64,000 nt of DNA from an uncultured Bacilli bacterium. Lineage in GTDB: Bacteria; Bacillota_I; Bacilli_A; RF39; UBA660. The position numbers and the translations under genes are program-made. Numbering within the stretch: position 1 is the stretch's first letter; every line of letters starts with the position of its first letter. The DNA lies in assembly GCA_910588025.1 (NCBI GenBank), contig CAJUQG010000002.1:18478-82477 (forward strand), read 5' to 3'. Below the pieces are notes generated by a model. It was not told the origin of the DNA. It ran no database searches and saw only the letters and a program-made list of their open reading frames with translations. Below are positions 29,389-38,494 of this stretch, one piece after another.

Positions 29389-29919
29389 TCATGATAAATA
29401 TTTTTCTAAAACATTTTTGACAAAGAATTGGTATTCAACATTGTCTAATTCCGATTCTTCAGCTTCTAGTAAACATAGTGGCGGAAACATGACACACCAC
29501 CAATTCTCACCAAGCCCGGTACCTAAAGTAATGACTAAGGACTCATATTTTCCAGCATCATAAGTAATTCCTTTGTATTCTTTTTCTGGAAATTCGTTCA
29601 TTCCATAATTCATTTGATAATCCACTTGATAATTATCTACAATAGTTTTTAGATTAGGTAGCGAGTTTTGAATTAAATTTTTGGCTTCTTCTTTACTATT
29701 CGCTAGGGCCATTAAACGATTTAATTCTTTTTCTACTGCTCTTTTAACTTCCATTTTTAATTCTTGGTCTTCCTCAGTATTGCTATTAGCAATTACACGA
29801 AAACGAATGGCATCATCGGGAATTAAAATTTGTTCTTCCCCATGTAATAAACTATATCCAATTGTGATACAAAATAATATCAAAATAATTTTTTTCATGA
29901 TTTCACCTAAGTTAATCAT
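29389..29919 (-). CDS. spoIIR: stage II sporulation protein R
   Basis: IRFRVIANSNTEEDQELKMEVKRAV... and GENWWCVMFPPLC are SpoIIR signatures. There is an N-terminal signal peptide. The true start may be the MKKIIL Met at 29898. Confidence 0.8.
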   Translation of the reverse strand: MINLGEIMKKIILILFCITIGYSLLHGEEQILIPDDAIRFRVIANSNTEEDQELKMEVKRAVEKELNRLMALANSKEEAKNLIQNSLPNLKTIVDNYQVDYQMNYGMNEFPEKEYKGITYDAGKYESLVITLGTGLGENWWCVMFPPLCLLEAEESELDNVEYQFFVKNVLEKYLS

Positions 29920-29930
29920 GGATACTCATA

Positions 29931-31547
29931 TTATTTTTTATTCAATTTATTTTTATTTTCGTAAAATTCAACAATTTTTTTGTCATAATATAAGACTTCT
30001 CCTGCCGGAAGAAGTAAGATACGTTCAATACCAAGTTTGTCAACAAATACAGGATTATGACTAACTAAGAGTATGGAGCCTTGATAGTTTTTAAAAAAGT
30101 CGGCGATAAGATTCTGGGTTTCATAATCTAAGTGATTGGTTGGTTCATCCAAAAGTAATAAATTGGCTTGCGTTAGTGTTAATTTAGCTAGAGCTAGCCG
30201 ACTTCTCTCACCTGGGGATAAGACTGATACTTTTTTATAAACATCGTTTCCGGTAAATAAGAAAGAACCTAAGTGAGCACGTAACTTTCCTTCACTTAAA
30301 CCAAATTCTTTTAAGTTTTCTAATAAATTTAGATTTGCATTTAATGTTTCATGTTCTTGGGCATAATAGCCAATTTTTGTTTTATCAGAAATTTTGATTG
30401 TGCCATTTAAAGGGGTCAGTTGATTGGATATTAATTTTAATAGTGTTGTTTTTCCGGCACCGTTTTCACCTACAATTAAAAACTTTTCTCCACGATATAT
30501 TTCAAAATTTATATTGTTATAAAGTAAATCTTGATTGTAGCCAAATGAAACATTTTCAACTTTAAGTGGTATGGTACTGCCAATGTTTTCTAAAGTCATT
30601 TGTACTTTAACCTTTTTATTGGCTGGTCTTAGTTCAATTTGATTTGCTAGTAATTTGTTTAACGTTTTTTCTCTAGATTGAGCCATTCGTTTTCTTTTTC
30701 CAGATGAATTACTATATAAGTTTACAATACTTTTTAATTTAGCTATTTGTTTTTGTTCTTGTTGATATTCGATTGCTAATTGCATTTCTTGTTCCTCTTT
30801 TTTTCGCTGGTATGTTTCATAATTTCCATTGATTAATTCCATTTTTTTCGTTTTTTTATCAATCCATAATGTTTTCGTCGTTACTTCATTTAAGAATTCT
30901 TGGTCATGAGATATTACCAAAATCATCCCTGGATAATTTTTTAAATATTCAACAATTTGATCTTTGGTTTCTAAGTCTAAATGATTGGTTGGTTCATCTA
31001 ATAATAAAATTTCTGGCTTGTTATACAATAATTTTGCAAATGCTATTTTAGATTTTTGACCACCAGAACATTCCGCTAGTTTTTGATTTAATAAAGTATC
31101 AGAAATTTGGAAGTTTTCAATTAATCGTAATAAAATACTGTCAGCTTCGTAATAATCCCAGTAATCTAATTGACTTTGTAAATAAGATAAACGTTTTTTT
31201 ATTTGAGTATTTTCTGGCTCTTCAGCCATTTTTAAATATAAGTCATTCATTTCCGATTCAATTTTTAAAATAGGACGTCCACTGACCAAGTAGTCAAAGA
31301 CCGTAATATTGGTACTTGGCACTTCATCAGTAATTACTTGTGGCAAATAAGAAATACGATCATTAGGTTTGATTTTAATTTTTCCATAATCAGGAGTTAA
31401 TTCTTTTAGTAATAATTTAAAAAAGGTACTTTTTCCAGCACCATTTACGCCGATGATTCCAATATGGTCTTTATCATTTAATTCGATGGTGACGTCATCA
31501 TAAATTAATTCATCATGGTAAGAAAAGGTTAAGTTTTTTATATTCAT
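29931..31547 (-). CDS. ABC-F family ATPase (tandem ABC domains, no TMD)
   Basis: Two Walker A motifs (GVNGAGKST, GENGAGKTT), two LSGGQ-like signatures (SGGQKSK, LSPGERSRL), and a charged linker between the domains. Confidence 0.85.
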   Translation of the reverse strand: MNIKNLTFSYHDELIYDDVTIELNDKDHIGIIGVNGAGKSTFFKLLLKELTPDYGKIKIKPNDRISYLPQVITDEVPSTNITVFDYLVSGRPILKIESEMNDLYLKMAEEPENTQIKKRLSYLQSQLDYWDYYEADSILLRLIENFQISDTLLNQKLAECSGGQKSKIAFAKLLYNKPEILLLDEPTNHLDLETKDQIVEYLKNYPGMILVISHDQEFLNEVTTKTLWIDKKTKKMELINGNYETYQRKKEEQEMQLAIEYQQEQKQIAKLKSIVNLYSNSSGKRKRMAQSREKTLNKLLANQIELRPANKKVKVQMTLENIGSTIPLKVENVSFGYNQDLLYNNINFEIYRGEKFLIVGENGAGKTTLLKLISNQLTPLNGTIKISDKTKIGYYAQEHETLNANLNLLENLKEFGLSEGKLRAHLGSFLFTGNDVYKKVSVLSPGERSRLALAKLTLTQANLLLLDEPTNHLDYETQNLIADFFKNYQGSILLVSHNPVFVDKLGIERILLLPAGEVLYYDKKIVEFYENKNKLNKK

Positions 31548-31549
31548 TG

Positions 31550-32287
31550 TTATGACCTTTCTAAGAAAATAAAGCGATTTCTATTTTGATAATCCATTTC
31601 TATGGAAATTTGGTATTCAGGTAAGAATTTTGTTTTAATTTTTGTAATCGCACTACCTTGATTCATTCCTATTTCAAAGGCAATTAATTGAGGTTTATTT
31701 GATAATTTACTAATTTTCTCTAATATTATTTGATAAAAATACAAGCCTTCATTTTGCGCAAATATAGCATTTTGAGGTTCATATTTGGTTTCTTCTCCAA
31801 CTACTTCTTCACTGCTTACATATGGGGGATTAGAAATAATGATGTCGTAACCTTCTAATTCTATTTCTTCTATTTTACTATGGATAAATTGAATATTTAC
31901 TTGATTATGCTGAGCATTTTCTTTGGCAAGTTTTAAAGCATGAGGATTGATATCAATTGCTGTCATGCTACAATTTAATTTCTTTTTTAGGGCAATAGCA
32001 ATACAGCCACTTCCAGTACCTAAATCAATCATGTTTAAATTTATATCTTGTTTCGATGTAAGACGTTTGATTAATTTATCTACAAATAATTCTGTTTCAA
32101 ACCGAGGAATTAAAGTGTTTTCATTGACTTTGATTAAACAATCATAAAAATCAACATCACCAATTAAATATTGAACAGGATAATTCTGTTTTAGTTTTTT
32201 TAAAATAGTTTCCATATTATTGGGATATTTTTCTTTTAAAAGGTTCCAATCAGAATTGGTTATATTGTCAGGTTTTATCGTAATCAC
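31550..32287 (-). CDS. prmC: release factor glutamine N5-methyltransferase
   Basis: NPPY motif IISNPPYVS and SAM-binding DLGTGSGCIA. Immediately downstream of prfA. Confidence 0.85.
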   Translation of the reverse strand: MITIKPDNITNSDWNLLKEKYPNNMETILKKLKQNYPVQYLIGDVDFYDCLIKVNENTLIPRFETELFVDKLIKRLTSKQDINLNMIDLGTGSGCIAIALKKKLNCSMTAIDINPHALKLAKENAQHNQVNIQFIHSKIEEIELEGYDIIISNPPYVSSEEVVGEETKYEPQNAIFAQNEGLYFYQIILEKISKLSNKPQLIAFEIGMNQGSAITKIKTKFLPEYQISIEMDYQNRNRFIFLERS

Positions 32288-32345
32288 CTACTTACTTCAT
32301 TTCTTTAGTTTTTTATAATATGAAAAAAGAAATAGGAACTATTTC

Positions 32346-33401
32346 TTATTCTCCAGCTAATTTTCTTCTTAAATCTTCAGTAATTAAAGCTTCAATTATT
32401 GGTTCTACTTCTCCATCCATAACGCGGTCAAGACTCATTACAGAAAAATTAATGCGATGATCTGTAACACGATTTTGAGGATAATTATAGGTTCTAATTT
32501 TTTCTGAGCGGTCTCCAGAACCAATTTTACTTTTTCGCTCACTACCTAAAGCTGACTCTTTTTCTTGATTTAAATTATCAAACAATTTAATTTTCAATAA
32601 TTTCATCGCTTTATCTTTATTTTTTAATTGGCTTCGTTCATTTTGACAAGTTACAACGGTATTGGTAGGTAAATGGGTAATTCGTACAGCGGAATTTGAA
32701 GTATTTACTGATTGTCCACCAGCACCACTACTGTGATATACATCAATTTTTAAATCACTCTCTTTGATTTCAATATCAACATCTTCCACTTCTGGCATTA
32801 CTAGCACGGTAGCGGTAGATGTATGAACTCGACCAGCAGTTTCTGTAACGGGTACTCTTTGAACTCGATGAGCTCCACTTTCATATTTTAATTTAGAATA
32901 AACGTTTTCTCCTTTAATCATACATTCGACATTCGAAAAACCACCACTTGTTCCAGCTATTTCATGATTTATTTCAATTTTCCAACCATTTTTTTCTGCG
33001 TAATAAGTATACATTCTTAGTAAATCTCCCGCGAAAATATTGGCTTCGTCTCCTCCAGCAGCTCCACGAATTTCCATAATGACATTTTTTCCATCATTTT
33101 CATCTTTTGGAATTAAGAGAATTTCTAATTCATGATTTAATTTTTCTAATTTTTCAGTATTTTCAGCTAACTCTAATTCGGCCATTTCTTTAAGCTCTGG
33201 ATCCGCTATCAAAGTTTTTGCTTCTTCTATATTAGCCTTGGTTTTCTTGTATTCTTCGTATTTTTCAACAGTTTCTTTTAAATCACTCTGTTCTTTGGAT
33301 AGTTTTTTTACTTTATTAAAATCTGACATTACTTCAGGATTCATTAATTCTTTTGCAATAATATGATATCTTTCTAATATCGATTCTAATCTTGTTTCCA
33401 T
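32346..33401 (-). CDS. prfA: peptide chain release factor 1
   Basis: GGQ motif SGAGGQSVNTSNSAVRITHLPT and an RF1-type PxT-region domain. No frameshift; 351 aa. Confidence 0.9.
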   Translation of the reverse strand: METRLESILERYHIIAKELMNPEVMSDFNKVKKLSKEQSDLKETVEKYEEYKKTKANIEEAKTLIADPELKEMAELELAENTEKLEKLNHELEILLIPKDENDGKNVIMEIRGAAGGDEANIFAGDLLRMYTYYAEKNGWKIEINHEIAGTSGGFSNVECMIKGENVYSKLKYESGAHRVQRVPVTETAGRVHTSTATVLVMPEVEDVDIEIKESDLKIDVYHSSGAGGQSVNTSNSAVRITHLPTNTVVTCQNERSQLKNKDKAMKLLKIKLFDNLNQEKESALGSERKSKIGSGDRSEKIRTYNYPQNRVTDHRINFSVMSLDRVMDGEVEPIIEALITEDLRRKLAGE

Positions 33402-33434
33402 GGATTCTTCATCCTTTCTTATTACCTTGAAATT

Positions 33435-33857
33435 TTATAAATTTTCGTTTTCTTCATCTTCATCGATTACTACAAGATCTTTTAAATCTTCGTCACGGTC
33501 TTCTTCTTCGTCTTCATCATAGAAGTTATCATTCTCTTCATCTGGTTCTTCTGTTTCAGTTTCTTCGACAAAGACTTCGTCATCATCTTCATCGATTACT
33601 ACTTTTTCACTGTGTTTTTCTTTTAAATCCCAGTAACCGTCAGCAAGCATCGTAAATCTTTTATCAGTCGTTAAGATTTCAAAGAAATCAGCAATGCGTT
33701 CTTCAAATTCTCTATCACTTAATCCTAAAAGGTCGCATACTTTTTTAAACAAATCATTAATTTTCATTTTTTGATTAGCATCTTGTAATATTAAATGTGC
33801 TAAATCATCATAACTCATTAATTCTAATTCTTCTTTTGAAATATCTTTTAATTTCAT
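33435..33857 (-). CDS. rpoE: DNA-directed RNA polymerase subunit delta
   Basis: MKLKDISKEELELMSYDDLAHLIL... N-domain plus a long acidic D/E tail. GGGAGGA lies 7 nt before the second ATG, which is taken as the start. Confidence 0.8.
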   Translation of the reverse strand: MKLKDISKEELELMSYDDLAHLILQDANQKMKINDLFKKVCDLLGLSDREFEERIADFFEILTTDKRFTMLADGYWDLKEKHSEKVVIDEDDDEVFVEETETEEPDEENDNFYDEDEEEDRDEDLKDLVVIDEDEENENL

Positions 33858-34002
33858 TTTTATTCCTCCCATAAAAAATCGTCTATCATAGGTTATAAAC
33901 CAATTTATTTTATACGATATTTTTTAATTTATTATTCTTTTTATGATATTTTTCATAATCATTCTACGCCATTATATGCAATAATTGTGCATCTGTCTAT
34001 CC

Positions 34003-34344
34003 TTAATTGTTAAAATTAATCATTATTTTACTTTTTTCGTCTTCTGTTTCTATTACATAGTGAATTTCTATGGTATTTTCAGAGTCGTTCCAATAAGAAT
34101 CATCGACAATAATATCAAAGTCGCCAGAAATTTCTTTCAGTTGATAAGTGCATTTTTCCTTTTCTAAATCAATGGTAAAACAAAATTCATCCGATTCTCT
34201 TTGAAAAATTTTATGAGTGCGATTAAGGTAGTGGTCAAAGTTTTCTAGCTTAAAATGAATTATATTATTTTCGATATCATAAGGAAGATGCTTTTCCTCC
34301 AACATAATTTGGTCATTTTTTAAGAGTTTTATGTCTAAAAACAA
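34003..34344 (-). CDS. hypothetical protein (113 aa; possibly DUF1934-like)
   Basis: ORF only. Confidence 0.4.
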   Translation of the reverse strand: MFLDIKLLKNDQIMLEEKHLPYDIENNIIHFKLENFDHYLNRTHKIFQRESDEFCFTIDLEKEKCTYQLKEISGDFDIIVDDSYWNDSENTIEIHYVIETEDEKSKIMINFNN

Positions 34345-34493
34345 TCTTAGCCCTCCTTTTTTTCAATCGAATTATAGCATAGGGTAATGATCTACGCAAT
34401 CATTCTTGTTTTAAAATATGTATTTCTGTAAATTATCACGATATTTTGGGATATTTTATCATTTTTTTTCCATAATAAACTTAGGTGGGTCAT

Positions 34494-36428
34494 ATGAAAA
34501 GAAAAATTATGTTTAGTGCTCGTCTTTTTCTATTTCTTTTTTTAGCTGGAGTTGTGTGTTTAATTGGTATCTATACTTATGCTTTTTTTAGTCCAAGATT
34601 AGAACTTACCAATTTGGGAAAACTTTATTTGTATGATAAAGAAGAGCAACTTGTTTTTCAAGGGGCTTCTGGTCAGGAATGGGTCAGTTTAAATGATATG
34701 TCAGAACATTTAATCAATGCGGTAATTAGTGTCGAAGATAAGAACTTTTATCATCATCATGGATTTGATTATTTTCGTATTGGAAAAGCTATGCTTACTA
34801 ATATTATGAAAAATACACGACAAGGAGCTTCTACGATTAGCCAACAGTATATTAAAAATATGTTTTTAACATTTGATCAAACTTGGAAACGAAAGATTGA
34901 GGAAGCTTTTTTAACGGTGGAATTAGAAGTTCATTATGAGAAAGATGATATTTTGGAGGGTTATTTAAATACGATAAATTATGGAGAAGGAAATTATGGA
35001 ATTGGGAGTGCTAGCCAATATTATTTTAATAAATCTGCTAAAGATTTAACTTTGGAGGAAGCGCTGATGCTCGCTGGAGTTCCCAAAAGTCCTAATCGTT
35101 TTAATCCTGTTGTGAATTATGACGCGTGTGTGAAACGAGCGAAAATTGTTGCAAAAGCGATGTTGGAGAATCATTATATTACCGATGAAGTCTATAATCA
35201 TTTGTTTGAAGATAAAATTGAAATTTATGGAAAAGATGAACAAAATCATTCGCAGATGATTCAATATTTTCAAGATGCTGTTTTTAATGAGTTGAAAAGT
35301 ATTAGTGGGATTCCTAGTAGTTTAATGGATGCAGGTGGTCTAAAAATTTATACTACTTTAGATAGTAAGGCTCAAAGGGGTATGGAAGATTCCATTAAAA
35401 CTAATATTGGTGTGGAGGATTTACAAATCGCTAGTGTGCTAATTGATCCAAAAACAGGGGGCGTATTGTCACTAACAGGGGGATTTGATTATTCTAAGAG
35501 TCAATATAATCGAGCAACTCAATCAAAACGACAAGTTGGTAGTACTATGAAACCATTTTTATATTATGCGGCACTAGAAAATGGACTTACTTCTTCTTCT
35601 ACTTTCTTTAGTAGTGAAACCACTTTTGTTTTTTCTAATAATAAAACCTATAGTCCTTCTAATTATAATCAGATATATGCAAACCAAGATATTACTATGG
35701 CAGCTGCTTTAGCTTATTCGGATAATATTTATGCGGTAAAAACACATTTATTTTTAGGAGAAGATACTTTAGTTGAAACGGCAAAACAAGTTGGTATCAA
35801 AGGAGATTTGCAATCGAATCCTTCTTTAGCATTGGGGACAAGTGAACTTAATATGATGGATTTTGCAAACGGATATTTGACTTTAGCTAGTGGAGGATTT
35901 AAACGTGATCTATATTTTATTGAAAAAATTGAGGATATGGATGGAAATATCATTTATCGTCATAAGCCAAAAAAAGAAATGGTTTTAAACAGTAATTATG
36001 TATATATTTTAAATGAAATGCTTACTAATACAACAAATTCGGCTTTTAATTCTTATACGACACCAACGGCCTTGTCATTAAGTGCTAAAATGTCCCGAAA
36101 ATACGCATTAAAGACAGGAACAACGAATACAGATTGTTGGAGTGTTGGTTATACTCCAGATGCTCTAAGTTTGGTATGGGTTGGAAAAGATGATAGTTCC
36201 GAAGTAGGTAGCATTGCTAGTCGTATTTCAAAAAATGTTTGGTTAGAGACTATGGAAGCGTATTTACAAGATAAGGAGCATTCTTGGTATGAAACACCAC
36301 ATAATGTTGTAGGTCTTTTAAAAGATGCAGTGACTGGAAAAGATGTTTTAGATAAAAAAAATTCTACAATCTTTTATTATGAAAAAGGCACAGAGTTACC
36401 AAGTGTGAGCGTTAATCAAACAGAATAA
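34494..36428 (+). CDS. class A penicillin-binding protein (bifunctional glycosyltransferase/transpeptidase)
   Basis: GT51 motifs (EDKNFYHHHGFD, GASTISQQYIKN) and transpeptidase motifs STMKPF, SDN-like, KTGTT. AGGTGG lies 5 nt before the ATG at 34494. Signal-anchor TM. Confidence 0.85.
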   Translation: MKRKIMFSARLFLFLFLAGVVCLIGIYTYAFFSPRLELTNLGKLYLYDKEEQLVFQGASGQEWVSLNDMSEHLINAVISVEDKNFYHHHGFDYFRIGKAMLTNIMKNTRQGASTISQQYIKNMFLTFDQTWKRKIEEAFLTVELEVHYEKDDILEGYLNTINYGEGNYGIGSASQYYFNKSAKDLTLEEALMLAGVPKSPNRFNPVVNYDACVKRAKIVAKAMLENHYITDEVYNHLFEDKIEIYGKDEQNHSQMIQYFQDAVFNELKSISGIPSSLMDAGGLKIYTTLDSKAQRGMEDSIKTNIGVEDLQIASVLIDPKTGGVLSLTGGFDYSKSQYNRATQSKRQVGSTMKPFLYYAALENGLTSSSTFFSSETTFVFSNNKTYSPSNYNQIYANQDITMAAALAYSDNIYAVKTHLFLGEDTLVETAKQVGIKGDLQSNPSLALGTSELNMMDFANGYLTLASGGFKRDLYFIEKIEDMDGNIIYRHKPKKEMVLNSNYVYILNEMLTNTTNSAFNSYTTPTALSLSAKMSRKYALKTGTTNTDCWSVGYTPDALSLVWVGKDDSSEVGSIASRISKNVWLETMEAYLQDKEHSWYETPHNVVGLLKDAVTGKDVLDKKNSTIFYYEKGTELPSVSVNQTE

Positions 36429-36430
36429 AT

Positions 36431-36458
36431 TCTATGATAATACATAGGATTTTTTTTA
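36431..36458. terminator. bidirectional terminator between the PBP and parB-like genes
   Basis: CTATG-ataata-CATAG followed by a T8 run. Confidence 0.4.
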
Positions 36459-36515
36459 TGATTTCTGATTGATTTTTATAAATTAAAAAAAGAAAAAATT
36501 TTAGTAAACTTTTCC

Positions 36516-37736
36516 TTATTTTTTGATTTTAATATTCATTTGATAATTGTCATTTAAATCCATTTCTTCTATTTCAATCACGAAACCTTGTTCATTCATT
36601 TGATTGATTAAATTCCGAACATTATTTATTGCAGTTTTTAAGTCAGTTCCTTTTTCCTCTTCTAACTTCTGCTCGTATGAAGGGTCTAATTTGATAATAG
36701 AAGCAACAGGATCAACAAGCATTTCTTCTTCTACTGGTTCTTTTACTTCTTCTATTTTATTTATGACAGGTTCATTGGTTCCAAAGAAAAAGGGATTTTC
36801 TTGTTCTTCGGTCTTTTTTACTACTGGTTCTTCTAAACCATCATCTAATATTTCCATGTCATTATTTAAAGGATTAATGACTTCTTTATTGGATGAGGAA
36901 ATTAAACCATCCATCATATTCATATTTGCGGCTTCATCTTCTAAAAAATTAAAAAATTTATTAGGAATGGTTGATGATGTCTCTTCTATTTTATTTTGTT
37001 TTGGTTCTTCCATTGGCTTCAACATACTTTCTACGTCATGTAATTCGCGAACTGGGTTAATGTCTGTAGCATTGTTCACAATTGATTCAAGATTTGGCGT
37101 TAAATTTACAAGTGGAATTTCTTCTCCAGCTGTTTCTTCTTTTAGTTTTTTTAGTTCCATATCTAATTGACGGACAGTCATTCTCTTTTCAATAATCTTT
37201 TTTAACCATTTTTTTTGTTCATCTTTCGCAAGCGATAATAAAGCTCTAGCATGGCGTTCAGAGATTTTTTCATTTAATAAAGCATTTTGAACGTCCTCAT
37301 CCAAATTTAAAAGTCTAAGTTTATTGGCTATAGTTGATTGAGAAACTCCCATTTTTTCTGCTAATTGTTCTTGAGTTAAGTAACCACGGTCTAATAAACT
37401 TTTATAAGATTTTGCTTCTTCTATCGCGGTTAAGTTTCGTCTTTGAATATTTTCAACTAATGCTACTTCTGCGCTTTTATTATCATCGATATTGGAAATA
37501 ATTGCTGGAACTTTTTGTAATCCAGCCATCGTTGCAGCTTTGTAACGTCTTTCTCCTGCAATAATCTCATATTTATCGCCAAGGCGTCTTAATACTAATG
37601 GTTGAATGATACCATGTTGTTTTATTGACTCTGAAAGTTCCGTTAGACCACCTTCATCAAATGCTAATCTTGGTTGGAATCGATTGGGTATAATATCTTC
37701 AATCGGTATTAGCTGAATATCCTTCTCCATATTCAC
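36516..37736 (-). CDS. ParB/Noc-family DNA-binding protein with a ~200-aa acidic C-terminal extension
   Basis: ParB N-domain (GIIQPLVLRR...IIAGERRYKAA) and an HTH (LTQEQLAEKMGVSQSTIANKLRLL). No parA/soj gene adjacent. It sits next to rsmG, as noc does. Confidence 0.75.
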   Translation of the reverse strand: MNMEKDIQLIPIEDIIPNRFQPRLAFDEGGLTELSESIKQHGIIQPLVLRRLGDKYEIIAGERRYKAATMAGLQKVPAIISNIDDNKSAEVALVENIQRRNLTAIEEAKSYKSLLDRGYLTQEQLAEKMGVSQSTIANKLRLLNLDEDVQNALLNEKISERHARALLSLAKDEQKKWLKKIIEKRMTVRQLDMELKKLKEETAGEEIPLVNLTPNLESIVNNATDINPVRELHDVESMLKPMEEPKQNKIEETSSTIPNKFFNFLEDEAANMNMMDGLISSSNKEVINPLNNDMEILDDGLEEPVVKKTEEQENPFFFGTNEPVINKIEEVKEPVEEEMLVDPVASIIKLDPSYEQKLEEEKGTDLKTAINNVRNLINQMNEQGFVIEIEEMDLNDNYQMNIKIKK

Positions 37737-37777
37737 ATCAATCAGCCCCTTACGCTATAATTAATTGTAACTTAGAA

Positions 37778-38494
37778 TTAAAGTTTTTTCAATGGCTTTT
37801 TTAAAATAGTCGCATAAGCTCGTGGGTAAGTGGATGGTGTAGACGCTAATTTTTTGATTTTTATGATAGTTCTTAGTCCTGTATCAAAAGGAAGAGAAAA
37901 TTTTTCAATATGTTCTATGGATCCATAAATTTGAGAAAGTATTCCTTCTGAATTTTTTATTTCTTCTTCTACGTTTGATTTCATTGCGAGTAATAAGCCA
38001 TTTCTTTTTAATAAAGGAAAGGAGGTTTCGATAAGAATTCGTAATTCTGCTACTGCTCTTGAAGTAATTACATCATATTGTTCTTGATTTGTTTTGGCAT
38101 ATTCTTCGGTACGATTGTAAATAGTTTTAACATTTTGTAAATTTAATATCTTTATGATTTCGTTTAAAAAATTTATTTTTTTGTTGTTAGAGTCAAGTAA
38201 GTGCACTTCTAAATTAGGAAAACAAATAGCTAAAACTAAGCCAGGAAAGCCAGCACCTGTACCAATATCTAATATTTTTTGGTTTTTTTCTATATGTAGT
38301 ATTTTTGTAATGGTTAAAGAGTCAAAAAAATGTTTTAGATAAACCTCTTCAGGAGTTTTAATGGCAGTTAAGTTAGTGTGCTCATTGTATTCTAATAAAA
38401 AGGCACAATACTTTTTTAAATTGATTATAATTTGCGGCGATAAATCAAGGTTTAATTCTTTTTTGATTTGATCTTTAAAGGTCTCTTCCGTCAT
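37778..38494 (-). CDS. rsmG: 16S rRNA (guanine527-N7)-methyltransferase
   Basis: SAM motif ILDIGTGAGFPGLVLAI; conserved position after mnmG. Confidence 0.85.
   Translation of the reverse strand: MTEETFKDQIKKELNLDLSPQIIINLKKYCAFLLEYNEHTNLTAIKTPEEVYLKHFFDSLTITKILHIEKNQKILDIGTGAGFPGLVLAICFPNLEVHLLDSNNKKINFLNEIIKILNLQNVKTIYNRTEEYAKTNQEQYDVITSRAVAELRILIETSFPLLKRNGLLLAMKSNVEEEIKNSEGILSQIYGSIEHIEKFSLPFDTGLRTIIKIKKLASTPSTYPRAYATILKKPLKKL

Noticed and set aside
36604-37170. 188-aa plus-strand ORF inside the parB-like gene, and similar antisense ORFs (14801-15289 in secA; 29153-29563 and 29681-30064 around spoIIR/ABC-F; 49801-50127 in gyrB; 40938-41396 in mnmE; 17254-17646 in hpf)
   Set aside because: They are antisense to strongly supported conserved genes and have low-complexity, Ser/Phe/Ile-rich translations typical of AT-rich antisense frames. 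No RBS.
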